Made by a program: the position numbers and the translations under genes. Shown piece after piece: positions 31,901-40,219 of a stretch of DNA of 64,000 bases. The stretch is taken from the IMG/VR virus record IMGVR_UViG_3300025174_000013, positions 1-64,000 of that record; one strand, written 5' to 3'. The DNA comes from an uncultured virus (IMG/VR IMGVR_UViG_3300025174_000013). Its lineage: Duplodnaviria; Heunggongvirae; Uroviricota; Caudoviricetes. The stretch's first letter is position 1. The number at the start of each line of letters is the position of its first letter. The notes beneath the pieces were generated by a model. It worked only from the letters and a program-made list of their open reading frames with translations. It was not told the DNA's origin and did no database searches.

Positions 31901-33125
31901 TGGAGGACATGCATTTTTTGTAAATGCTGGACTACAAAATTTCCAGTTGGGTAGTTCAACCGATGCTTTTAGATGGATTATTAGTGGTAATCCTACTCCT
32001 CTTATGGAATTAGGAATAACTGATTTAAATGTACGTAATAAACAAATAACTAATGTTTCTAATCCTCTCAATAATTTAGATGCGGTAAACCTACAAACAT
32101 TAAATTCAGCAATAGCAGGAATAGACGTATCAACTTGGTCAACATTTCCAGCTACATCTATTGTAAATTTGGCAAGTAACTCATTACAGAATTTTACTTC
32201 ATGGACTAATGCTTTTGGTCAAAGTTGGATTGGAGGTCCTAGTGGTCAAAGTTTCAATATTGGTGCTGGTGATTCTTACGATTATAATGTGAACGCTGTT
32301 CCTAAATTTTCAATAGGAAGTGTAGAGAATGATTCGTTTGTAAATTTAAATATGAATGGATTTAAAGTGATAAACAGTGGAGCAACAGTAGGAGGAGATG
32401 CTTCAACAACTTTAACTACAAAAGGCTATGTTGATTCATTGGTTGGTGGTGGTATTGATACAACAGCTAACTTTACATGGACTGGTTCTCATACATTCAA
32501 CGGTGCATCTGTTAGTTTAATTGCACCAGCGATATTTATTGGAAATTCTATTGCTGATGGTATTTCTGTTGGCGGAAGATTTGTAACTGATCTTATTAGT
32601 TCTAATCTAAGTGATTTGGGAGAATTTGGTAATAGGTGGAATGTAATATATGGTAATAGTTTACAATTACAGTTTGGAGCACAAATAAATAACATTACTA
32701 CTAATTCTTCTACTAATAATAATACATCTGTGATGACATCGCAAGCAGTTCAAACATTAGTGGCAAGTGTAGGAGGAGTATCATTGAGCGGAACAAATAC
32801 ATGGACTGGTATAAACACATTTAATAATGGAGTATTATTCAACAGTGCTGTCGGATTTGTTGCTGGTTCTATACAACCTACAGCTATAACAGGAACAGCA
32901 GTAAACTTAAACAGTACACAAACTATAACTGGAACTAAAACATTTACACAAGCAACATTTAACATAAGTGGAAACTTGAATCAAGATGGTGGACAAATAG
33001 GATTTAGAGGTAGAACACCACAATCAATAACCACAATGCCAAGTGCTCCAGCTACTTTGGCTGGATTACAATCAACATTAAACTTGTTATCTTCTATATT
33101 AAGAGGGATGGGAATAGTAGGCTAA
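28989..33125 (+). CDS. Long tail fibre
   Basis: 1378 aa G/N/S/T-rich; recurrent L(N/D)MxxxxIxN repeats, LVQDGTGSRTL, DAVNL / TTKGYVD and NTWTGxNTF fibre motifs. Confidence 0.75.
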   Translation: MSYDNDTADHAIRALKEEVAKIREEQFAKAFPLNSGGRGGGKLSSSIGGSLPTTGTATFIPNVIRLTKDTGVINKLNYKTLVPNMEFAINETITGGTSGATAIIGDIDILTSTTGVLTLKPNSISGTFTNNENLNGSINGNAKVDGTLYTQTGRGHLNAGSASIIVEGVATPYEIHFIDNAKNNGQIVLLRAQNGQTIRLRRAITTDANTGNLDLDSSFNIIENAIVILQYQGASNVTSDGGWVPVLSSVTSGGAGNVFDFPILYPKEDLGDQSGAVGLSLNQANGHYKRIRMIGNISLTFSSPPPSSNGFKFYVLLVQDGTGSRTLTALPASVKNGASILTQIDSAVNSQTLIQFVTADGGVTYHAQIIAPAGAGQDTPWQVDHDANTYDLFNLDKLRFAPAGGFSFPTDATVKGLSTSGTGIEANVPPSQQYRWYIGGFPHMTLDTFDLLMHDFNIKDVRFLGFTDSPSFTAHITSETSNARLYYSVTGAGSHHAFYVDNGVNANMEMRLNVNKSNVNLDMVTNDIINLDQAQFDAFGGFVSSIDHGQRRISGGNSGININVPKLKTVKLWFENTGQTNSDLKYEFRQDGLDMYTNNIFNVQGIFFPNAGSIIDLAGFGLEFLAGVNPPFGTGNPQTMNFRVRGPAPSYTQLDMFVLDGLGHNTTNGGGMKMSTDLNLQTQNIHNVDMINFSSNNGIVGGNQFAIAGSTDANRLEFNVPFFKSFSFRENDTEFMSLEEGLLTMNFVFSDPRIRANQFELLTHTLGTSGMVDGMIRQVNNGGSLDIMVGTGGFIRNLTNAFGTSFIGFTADADLNMGTFNIFNLDVLRYAVDSGVIGFGEYGSAVNAGNTKLQWSVPLGKFYDWQVNLTSIATLNTASFHMKTNTFITNPSIIADGAFILGANHANGTTGMLNGEDRLVGNDVIFRSGNTNVNLTTLSAGGADNLGDHTATQPLNMAFNTITNYLGWTSSGGHAFFVNAGLQNFQLGSSTDAFRWIISGNPTPLMELGITDLNVRNKQITNVSNPLNNLDAVNLQTLNSAIAGIDVSTWSTFPATSIVNLASNSLQNFTSWTNAFGQSWIGGPSGQSFNIGAGDSYDYNVNAVPKFSIGSVENDSFVNLNMNGFKVINSGATVGGDASTTLTTKGYVDSLVGGGIDTTANFTWTGSHTFNGASVSLIAPAIFIGNSIADGISVGGRFVTDLISSNLSDLGEFGNRWNVIYGNSLQLQFGAQINNITTNSSTNNNTSVMTSQAVQTLVASVGGVSLSGTNTWTGINTFNNGVLFNSAVGFVAGSIQPTAITGTAVNLNSTQTITGTKTFTQATFNISGNLNQDGGQIGFRGRTPQSITTMPSAPATLAGLQSTLNLLSSILRGMGIVG

Positions 33126-33151
33126 TAGGTTATATAGAAGAATATGGTAAT

Positions 33152-33400
33152 GTGGCTATGGCAATAAGCGATGAAGTTCTTGAACAATTAATTGGTAAAT
33201 TGTATGTAAGTTTAAAGGAAAAAGTAGATGCTGAACAACAAATAAATCAATATATTAATGCTTTAATATCTATCAGAAAGAATGAAGATGGTTCTTTACC
33301 TATAGATATATTTACTGGAATTCCAATAACGGAAGAAAGAAGAAGTGAAATATTAGAAGCGACAATAGGAAACTCAGTTCAATTTGTCGGGGGTGAATAG
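33152..33400 (+). CDS. Hypothetical protein
   Basis: 82 aa ORF with upstream TATA (ggttatata near 33128). Confidence 0.55.
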   Translation: MAMAISDEVLEQLIGKLYVSLKEKVDAEQQINQYINALISIRKNEDGSLPIDIFTGIPITEERRSEILEATIGNSVQFVGGE

Positions 33401-33402
33401 TA

Positions 33403-33693
33403 ATGAGTAAGAATAAAGGTGCAAAATCGGTATCAATGCCTGAACCTAAAGGAACAGAACCAAAAACTCCACCACAGCCAGAGCAACAAATGACTGAAGA
33501 TCAAGCATTTATGGCATATATAAATAACTTAATGAGCAATGTTATCTTAGAACACGAAAATGCAAAAACAGGTTCTATTGAAGCAATCAAAAACATAGGT
33601 CAAAAGCTAAATCTTTACATGCGAGAGGTAAGTAGATTAACAAAGGAAAACGAAGCACTTAAAAAACAAGTAGATGAACTAAAGAAAAAGTAG
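33403..33693 (+). CDS. Coiled-coil hypothetical protein
   Basis: C-terminal heptads EVSRLTKENEALKKQVDELKK. Confidence 0.55.
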   Translation: MSKNKGAKSVSMPEPKGTEPKTPPQPEQQMTEDQAFMAYINNLMSNVILEHENAKTGSIEAIKNIGQKLNLYMREVSRLTKENEALKKQVDELKKK

Positions 33694-33712
33694 TTCATTT
33701 ATATTACCCTTT

Positions 33713-34144
33713 TTGGTAACTATGTGTAACATGACTGAGTTATCACAAGAAGAAAAAGATAAACAATGGCTTGACTTAAAGAAACAATGGAAGATAAAGA
33801 AAGGTCAAGAAGCAGGAGATCCAGAAAAGGCGAAGAAACAGATAAATAAGATACAGAAATTACTAGATTTAGACGTGACTGACTTTGATAAAGAAGTGCC
33901 AACTAAAGAAGTGAAAGAATATACTGATGCTGAGGCAGAATCATTATTTACAGAAGAACAAATGGAAAGAATGGAAAAAGGAGTTAAAAGAGCAATAGCA
34001 ATAAAACATTTGTTATCTGGAATGATAGTTAGTCATTTTCCAACATTGAAAGGAAACGCACCGGGAATTGGTCAAGTAGTAAATATAACATACGATTTAA
34101 TAAAAGAAGATTTGAGAAATTTAATAAAAGATGACACAAAATGA
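33713..34144 (+). CDS. Hypothetical protein
   Basis: ORF coupled to the next gene by ATGA; exact start uncertain. Confidence 0.55.
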   Translation: MVTMCNMTELSQEEKDKQWLDLKKQWKIKKGQEAGDPEKAKKQINKIQKLLDLDVTDFDKEVPTKEVKEYTDAEAESLFTEEQMERMEKGVKRAIAIKHLLSGMIVSHFPTLKGNAPGIGQVVNITYDLIKEDLRNLIKDDTK

Positions 34145-34401
34145 ATGTAAAAACAACAATAAAACTTGGTGACAAGATTGATACATTTGATGATGCCAAT
34201 TCTTCATTTGGATCAAATGAACGTAATCTAGAACAGTTAGCAAAGTTTAAAGCATACATGAATGTAATGATAATGGCAATAGAGGACAAAGACCCAGAAA
34301 TGAAAAACAAAAGAATAGAAGTGATTATGGAATTTGAAGATGATGGGTTTTATCTTGTATTAGGAAGAAAACCAAGAGAGGTAACTGAATTTGGCACCTA
34401 G
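34141..34401 (+). CDS. Hypothetical protein
   Basis: 86 aa, overlaps both neighbours. Confidence 0.55.
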   Translation: MNVKTTIKLGDKIDTFDDANSSFGSNERNLEQLAKFKAYMNVMIMAIEDKDPEMKNKRIEVIMEFEDDGFYLVLGRKPREVTEFGT

Positions 34402-35590
34402 AAAAAAAGAAGAAATAGAACAAAGCTTAAAGGAAGTTGATGAAGCACTTAGCTTTAATTTGGCAGATATAGAAGGAATTGGACCTGTTAAATTAAAGAA
34501 ATTACAAGAAGCAGGAATATTAGATGCAACTGATTTAATAATAAGAGGACCCAAAGAATTAGGCGTATTACTTGATATGGATTCTAGTGATACAACAAAA
34601 ATGATAGAAGATGCACGAACATACTTGCGTGATAAAGGAGTTGTAGCAAAAGCAGTATTTACAGGAAGAGAATTTTATAATTATATGACATCAACAAGAT
34701 ATACATTAAGTAGTGGAGTAAATGGATTTGATGAAATGATGAGTGGTGGATTTGAAAGTAGTGCTATAACTGAACTATATGGAGAGTTTGGAGCTGGAAA
34801 AACTCAGTTTTGCTTTATGGCAACCATTATGGCACAACTTCCTTACAAGAGAAAATGTTTTAAATGTCATGAGGTATTTGAGGATCAAAAAATAGAAAGA
34901 TGTCCAACATGTGATGTAAAAACATTAACAGTTGGCGGGTTATCTGAAATAGGAAAGCCTTGTCGTGTTATTTATGTTGATACTGAAGGCACGTTTAGAC
35001 CTGATAGGATAGAACAACTCATATATGAACGCGGTTTGGTTCAAACAAAAGAACAAACTAAAATGGAAGAAAAAAGAAAAGATCCAAAACAACCACTTAA
35101 TGACGAGGAACGCGAAAAAGCTATGAAGTTTTTTGATAATATAATATTGATTAAAGTTGCAAATGCTGGACATCAGCTTTTAGTTGGTCAAGAATTAGGT
35201 TCATATATAAATCAAGAAGGGCAACCTCCAGTAAGACTTTTGATAATAGATTCTATTACAGCAACATTTAGGCTTGATTATTTTGGAAGAGGAGAAATAG
35301 GTGAAAGACAAGAGAAACTAAAGAGACACATAAAGCATATATCACGACTTTGTGAAACATACAATATAGTTGGTATCGTAACAAACCAAGTATTACAATC
35401 ACCTACTGGTTTTGGCGATCCAATAAAGGCATCAGGTGGAACAGTATTATCACACACATCTACGCATAGGATATATCTAAAGAAAAGTGGTAAAAAGGTA
35501 GTAGCTATCATAATAGATTCACCAAATCACGCAAAATCTGAAGCCATATTAGAACTTACTAATAAAGGAGTCGAAGACGCGAGTGCATAA
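34391..35590 (+). CDS. radA: RadA recombinase with a zinc-ribbon insertion
   Basis: HhH (IEGIGP), TELYGEFGAGKTQ, YVDTEGTFRPDRI, LLIIDS, GRGEIGERQ, VTNQV, GGTVLSHTSTHRIYL, DSP. Confidence 0.92.
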   Translation: MAPRKKEEIEQSLKEVDEALSFNLADIEGIGPVKLKKLQEAGILDATDLIIRGPKELGVLLDMDSSDTTKMIEDARTYLRDKGVVAKAVFTGREFYNYMTSTRYTLSSGVNGFDEMMSGGFESSAITELYGEFGAGKTQFCFMATIMAQLPYKRKCFKCHEVFEDQKIERCPTCDVKTLTVGGLSEIGKPCRVIYVDTEGTFRPDRIEQLIYERGLVQTKEQTKMEEKRKDPKQPLNDEEREKAMKFFDNIILIKVANAGHQLLVGQELGSYINQEGQPPVRLLIIDSITATFRLDYFGRGEIGERQEKLKRHIKHISRLCETYNIVGIVTNQVLQSPTGFGDPIKASGGTVLSHTSTHRIYLKKSGKKVVAIIIDSPNHAKSEAILELTNKGVEDASA

Positions 35591-35619
35591 ACAAACGTTT
35601 ATATACACTAGGGTATATA
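35591..35619 (+). promoter_or_regulatory. ACAA-N3-TTTATATAC-N6-GTATATA promoter/operator
   Basis: acaaacg tttatatac actagg gtatata, 32 nt before ATG 35630. Confidence 0.75.
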
Positions 35620-35629
35620 GGACTTGTTA

Positions 35630-35782
35630 ATGAAGCGTATAGAATATTATTTAAAAAGTGCGGAAATATACTCTAATCTAGCAATATCAGAACAAAACTT
35701 TGACAGAAAAACAACATATCAAACTAAATCTGAAGCTGATTTAATAACGGCTAAGTATTATTTAGAGGATTTGGAGAAATAA
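35630..35782 (+). CDS. Small hypothetical protein (50 aa)
   Basis: Hand-translated MKRIEYYLKSAEIY...YLEDLEK, directly after the promoter. Confidence 0.55.
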   Translation: MKRIEYYLKSAEIYSNLAISEQNFDRKTTYQTKSEADLITAKYYLEDLEK

Positions 35783-35785
35783 ATC

Positions 35786-36220
35786 ATGACTTGTAAAGGC
35801 GTTTGTGTAAGACATAAAGCATCAAAACCAAGAGGCATAGGAAGATATGCTTCTGGACAAAGGCGATGTCAGATTTGTGAACTTTATATGAATTGGGAAG
35901 GATTATGGTGTCCATGTTGCGGATACAGATTAAGATCAAAACCAAGAAATGTTACATATAAGGAAAGACTAAAGGAAACAGTTTTTAAATCTGGGACCCA
36001 TGTAAAAATATTCAAAGATTGGAGAAACTGCAAAGGATTTGAATTCAATGCTATTCTAGTAAAACTAATAGAACCACAATGTGGGGAAGGTGGAGCAGAA
36101 TGGAGTATAAGAAAATTAGATGACTTTACAAAGAACCCCGAATGTCCAACTGAGAATCGAATCATTAATATAGAGAAGAAAGATAAAGATCAAAAGTACG
36201 TGGTATTAGATGAAGTATAG
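35786..36220 (+). CDS. Thaumarchaeal-type Cys-rich zinc-finger protein with a C-terminal extension
   Basis: MTCKGVCVRHKAxKPxGxGRYASGQRRCQICE...WEGLWCPCCGYRLRSKPRN, which I recall from Nitrosopumilus/Nitrososphaera proteins. Confidence 0.7.
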   Translation: MTCKGVCVRHKASKPRGIGRYASGQRRCQICELYMNWEGLWCPCCGYRLRSKPRNVTYKERLKETVFKSGTHVKIFKDWRNCKGFEFNAILVKLIEPQCGEGGAEWSIRKLDDFTKNPECPTENRIINIEKKDKDQKYVVLDEV

Positions 36221-36374
36221 TATAGATTTACGACAAAACAAAAATGGGGAATGGAAAGTACGTACTAAGGCAAATGTGCCATACTATGAACAAGTGGCAT
36301 TTGATAGGCGAGTGAAAGAAGCATTAGAAGAAAATGGTTTTACACTATTCAAATTAATAGGTGTTGACGAATGA
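36210..36374 (+). CDS. Small hypothetical protein (54 aa)
   Basis: Hand-translated MKYSIDLRQ...LIGVDE; fills the gap, ATGA overlap downstream. Confidence 0.5.
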   Translation: MKYSIDLRQNKNGEWKVRTKANVPYYEQVAFDRRVKEALEENGFTLFKLIGVDE

Positions 36375-36628
36375 GTGGAAATCAAACTCAACGTGGAGAA
36401 ATCCATAATTTTTTCAATGAGTATAGGATAAAGGTTGAACATCATCAAAATGCAACCGGAAGATGGCAATTAGGATTCAAATATCAATCTAATGACGAGG
36501 ATCTTGCAATAGAAATGGCAATAAAAAAAACACTACAATATGTCAATGGTATGAAAGAAGCAGGACTTCCGCCAGTTGAATTAAAAAACTTAAATTTCGT
36601 ACAAAAAGAAAAAAAGGAGGAGAAATAA
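36371..36628 (+). CDS. Hypothetical protein
   Basis: 85 aa in a tight operon. Confidence 0.55.
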   Translation: MSGNQTQRGEIHNFFNEYRIKVEHHQNATGRWQLGFKYQSNDEDLAIEMAIKKTLQYVNGMKEAGLPPVELKNLNFVQKEKKEEK

Positions 36629-36883
36629 ATGGGAGAAGGAGACGACGAAGTTCATGTTAATATAGAAAAAACCGATGACGAAGAAGAAATAAACGCAAGA
36701 AATGAAGTAAATATTTCTCTTAATGATAGTACAAGTGAATACAACAGAAACGCAAATGTGACAGTCAAAAGCAAGGACAAAGACGTTCCAGATTTGATGA
36801 AAATAGCACTTGAAGCGTTAGAAAAGATTAGAATTAGTAAACAAACTAATAAAAACGATAAAGCGGGTCAACACTTTGGTTAA
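36629..36883 (+). CDS. Hypothetical protein
   Basis: 84 aa, GGAGG upstream. Confidence 0.55.
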   Translation: MGEGDDEVHVNIEKTDDEEEINARNEVNISLNDSTSEYNRNANVTVKSKDKDVPDLMKIALEALEKIRISKQTNKNDKAGQHFG

Positions 36884-37130
36884 AATATTCGGCAAAAAGA
36901 AGAAAGAAGTAATAACAAATACTTCTGGTTCTGTTTCAATAGACGCTTCAGTATATTTTGGCGGTTCCAAGATAGGAGATATTATGTATGTAAGGGCAAA
37001 AGAAATTAAAGGACAAGACTACATGGAAATGTTGATAAGATTGGAAGTAGGTTCAGGTATAGAACCACAAATTGTTCAAGTATTAGCTAAACAAGGACTA
37101 CATATAGGAAGACCAGCAAATGACTATTAA
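36876..37130 (+). CDS. Hypothetical protein
   Basis: 84 aa, overlapping neighbours. Confidence 0.5.
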   Translation: MVKIFGKKKKEVITNTSGSVSIDASVYFGGSKIGDIMYVRAKEIKGQDYMEMLIRLEVGSGIEPQIVQVLAKQGLHIGRPANDY

Positions 37131-38502
37131 TGATATACGTTTTAATCCATTGGTATTAACTGACTGTTATAATCTTAGTCACTGGTATCTCAAAGAAAAT
37201 CAAGATTATGAAATATCACATATTTACAACAGATCAAGACCAATGATACTATATGGATTTAACGAAATTGTTATAAATCTGTTAAATCAAAAGATTCAAG
37301 AGTCGATGGTTATGGAAGCAGACGAATGTGCTAGAAAAATGGGTATGAAGTTCCCTGTTGATATGTGGATGAATGTTATAGATAAACTTCATGGTTGGAT
37401 ACCACTTCAAGTAGAAGCAGTTCCAGATGGTACATGGGTTCCACAAGGAACGCCATTCGCTCAAATAACCAATACAGATGAAGGTTTTGGTGAACTAGTA
37501 ACATGGTGGGAAGGAATATTTTTACATTCATATTTTCCTAGTGCATGTGCAACGAGAGCACTTGAAATGAAGAATTATTTGGTAGAAAATAAATTGCCAT
37601 TACATAGATTTCATAGCTTTGGATTTAGAGGGCATCGTTCATTGGAAGACGCATATTGGGCTACTACAGCATGGAATATGTTCTTAACAGGAACAGATGA
37701 TTTTCATGGTCAATATCATTGTCCTACGGCAAAATTAGGAAGCATTCCAGCAACAGCACATAAAACTATACAACAGTTTGATAGTGAAAAACAAGGATTT
37801 ATTCATGCTATTGATCAAGTAAAAGAAAAAGGTCACAATATAGTGGCACTTGTAATTGATACATATGATCCAAGTCGTTTCATTCATGAAATGATGCGAG
37901 ATGTATTAGAACACGCAGAAAAACAAGGAGTCCATGTTGTATTAAGACCTGATTCAGGTGATGTATTAAGCCAAACTATACAGATTTATGGATTAGTGAA
38001 GTTTTGGGAGTTCAAAAATGTATCAATGATAATAGGAGAAGGAATGTCATTTGAAAAGGTAAAAGAATATGATAAGATATTAAAGGAAAAAGGAATACCA
38101 CTTGAATTTATGAGTTATGGAATAGGAGCTGGTTATTATAATGATTTAGATAGAGATTATCTAGGTCATGCCATGAAAACTGCATATTCAAACGGAAAAG
38201 ACAGAATGAAGCTAACAATATCAAATCCGTTTAAGAGATCAATTCCCGGCTGTGTTAATATTATAAAAGAGAATGGTAATTTAGTTGTAGATTATTCTAG
38301 TAAAGGACTTTATCAAACAGTTTATGAAATGGATGAGCATTCAACGCGTCCTAAATTATTAAGACAAAAATGGAGTGATATTAGAGAATTAGCACTTGAA
38401 CAAAATACATCACAAGAAAAAATAATATTATCAGAACTAGTAAAAGCAAATATAAAGAATTTTGAGGGGAAATATTTACATGAAAAGATGCCCACAGTGT
38501 AA
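37120..38502 (+). CDS. Nicotinamide/nicotinate phosphoribosyltransferase (NAMPT/NadV-like)
   Basis: LTDCYxxSH, HSFGFRG, GTD, SIPATAH, VIDTYD, LRPDSGD, AMK. Confidence 0.85.
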   Translation: MTINDIRFNPLVLTDCYNLSHWYLKENQDYEISHIYNRSRPMILYGFNEIVINLLNQKIQESMVMEADECARKMGMKFPVDMWMNVIDKLHGWIPLQVEAVPDGTWVPQGTPFAQITNTDEGFGELVTWWEGIFLHSYFPSACATRALEMKNYLVENKLPLHRFHSFGFRGHRSLEDAYWATTAWNMFLTGTDDFHGQYHCPTAKLGSIPATAHKTIQQFDSEKQGFIHAIDQVKEKGHNIVALVIDTYDPSRFIHEMMRDVLEHAEKQGVHVVLRPDSGDVLSQTIQIYGLVKFWEFKNVSMIIGEGMSFEKVKEYDKILKEKGIPLEFMSYGIGAGYYNDLDRDYLGHAMKTAYSNGKDRMKLTISNPFKRSIPGCVNIIKENGNLVVDYSSKGLYQTVYEMDEHSTRPKLLRQKWSDIRELALEQNTSQEKIILSELVKANIKNFEGKYLHEKMPTV

Positions 38503-38575
38503 TACAGAGTGGAAAGACGAAGTGCTTCATTGTTTGAAGTGCTCTGGATATGTGGAAGTACACAAAATTGACTAA
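38480..38575 (+). CDS. Zinc-finger microprotein (31 aa)
   Basis: Hand-translated MKRCPQCNTEWKDEVLHCLKCSGYVEVHKID. Confidence 0.5.
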   Translation: MKRCPQCNTEWKDEVLHCLKCSGYVEVHKID

Positions 38576-39215
38576 GATAGTTTGTTTATCTGATACACAT
38601 GGGTTTCATCATCATGTAAACGTTCCAGATGGTGATATATTATTACATGCGGGGGATTTAACAATGTCGGGAGAAATAGACGTATTAATGGATCTTAATG
38701 ATTGGTTTGGAAAACAACCACATCCATATAAGATAGTAATAGCTGGTAATCATGATATATCATTAGGAAAGGATAAAGCACTTGGATATAAGATATTTAC
38801 TAATGCCTATTATCTGTTAAATAATACTGTAGAAGTAGAAGGAATAAAAATTTGGGGTTCGCCTTATACGCCATGGAATAGTGAAGTTTATAACTATTTT
38901 GCATTTGGTAAGCCTAGATATGACATGAAGGGAGCATGGAAAGGGATGCCAAGAAATGCAGATATATTGTTAACTCATTGTCCACCAAAAGGCATATTGG
39001 ATAAAGTGGCAGAAACAGGATTTAATCCCAACGAACATGTAGGCGATGAGTTATTACTAGTAAAAATTGAAAGAAACAAGCCAAAATATAACATATTTGG
39101 ACACATCCATGAAGGATATGGAATTCTCAAGAAAAAGGATACTACATTTATAAACTGTTCTGTAGTGAATGAAAATTACAATTTGGTTAACGAACCAGTA
39201 GTCATAAAATGCTAA
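38550..39215 (+). CDS. Calcineurin-like metallophosphoesterase
   Basis: SDTH, HAGD, AGNHD, LTHCPP, FGHIHEG; real start may be TTG 38568. Confidence 0.9.
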   Translation: MWKYTKLTKIVCLSDTHGFHHHVNVPDGDILLHAGDLTMSGEIDVLMDLNDWFGKQPHPYKIVIAGNHDISLGKDKALGYKIFTNAYYLLNNTVEVEGIKIWGSPYTPWNSEVYNYFAFGKPRYDMKGAWKGMPRNADILLTHCPPKGILDKVAETGFNPNEHVGDELLLVKIERNKPKYNIFGHIHEGYGILKKKDTTFINCSVVNENYNLVNEPVVIKC

Positions 39216-39256
39216 GTGGCTATAAGTATATATTCAGTAAAGTATATACAACTTTC

Positions 39257-39460
39257 ATGGGGAGCAAGTTTAATTACCTACAAACGCCAAAACGTTCTTG
39301 CAGAACCTGTAACTATGAGTGGTTTTTAAGAGCGGTTGTAGAGAGAAATAATGTAGGAAAGATTATTGGTGTTGAAACAGTTGAGCCTAAAAATTGCCCT
39401 AACCCAAGGTGTAAATCGCCATATTGGAACAAACCATATGTGTTGGGGGTAAAGGCTTAA
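39257..39460 (+). CDS. Small zinc-ribbon protein
   Basis: CRTCNYEW...PKNCPNPRCKSPYWN; start moved to ATG 39257 after TATA-like elements. Confidence 0.65.
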   Translation: MGSKFNYLQTPKRSCRTCNYEWFLRAVVERNNVGKIIGVETVEPKNCPNPRCKSPYWNKPYVLGVKA

Positions 39461-39486
39461 ATTTATTTTTTACTTATGGTGATAAA

Positions 39487-39933
39487 ATGGGAAACAGTAA
39501 CTGGATATTAAGAAACATGGGCGAACAGGGAAATACTGAATATCGCCGAGAACAAGTTAGATGTGCTAGGATTTTGAGAGATAGATTGGGAGTGGCTTTA
39601 GTTAAACAAGAATATGTAGTAAAGAATTTAAAGATTGATGGTGCAAGTGCTCCAAATTGTGTTTTGGATATTGCTATTCCATCTGAGAAGATCGCCATTA
39701 GATTAATGGGTGCTATACATCAAGCTTCCAAAAAAAGAGGTATAAAGGATTGGTATCAAAAAGAAGCCCTTGGTCAGGCAAAGTGGGCAGTTTATGATTT
39801 TTATGCAGATAAATTTCCAAATTTGTGGAACCCTAAAAGAAGTCATGAAATAGATATGGCATCAAAGGAGGAAGTACTCAAAGCATTAGGTTTATGGGAT
39901 GATCCAAGTGAAGCGAGAGCCTCCAAAGTGTAG
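39487..39933 (+). CDS. DUF559/Vsr-like PD-(D/E)xK endonuclease
   Basis: QEYVV...LDIAIPSEKIAIRLMGAIH...KD..Q...L....WAV. Confidence 0.55.
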   Translation: MGNSNWILRNMGEQGNTEYRREQVRCARILRDRLGVALVKQEYVVKNLKIDGASAPNCVLDIAIPSEKIAIRLMGAIHQASKKRGIKDWYQKEALGQAKWAVYDFYADKFPNLWNPKRSHEIDMASKEEVLKALGLWDDPSEARASKV

Positions 39934-40159
39934 AAATTGTGATAAGACCTTGGCATGGAAGCCATGGACAGGTATACCACAACCACCAATAGATCCAGCA
40001 ACTGGTGAACCATGTAATTGTTGGAGAGACAAAGACAAACAACGATTTTTAGGAAAAGACGCATATGCAAAATGTCTTTATTGTGAAGGTTACTATCAAA
40101 AAGATAAGGGAAATAAAGAACATGAAAGACTTTATCATTCAGAACAAATTGCAAGTTAA
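39899..40159 (+). CDS. Zinc-finger protein
   Basis: CRNC...CNC and CLYC...HERLYH. Confidence 0.6.
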   Translation: MIQVKREPPKCRNCDKTLAWKPWTGIPQPPIDPATGEPCNCWRDKDKQRFLGKDAYAKCLYCEGYYQKDKGNKEHERLYHSEQIAS

Positions 40160-40219
40160 ATTTTTATTTAACTTTAAATTTACTTAATTCACAAACGTTT
40201 ATAATACAGTTAAATACAA

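Noticed and set aside
34844..34933. Intein in RadA (MCM also checked)
   Set aside because: Insert is about 30 aa with no C/S start or HN end; MCM has normal length
40154..40200. AT-rich inverted repeat before MCM as replication origin
   Set aside because: A 7-bp AT-rich stem is expected in this composition; no ORB-like repeats
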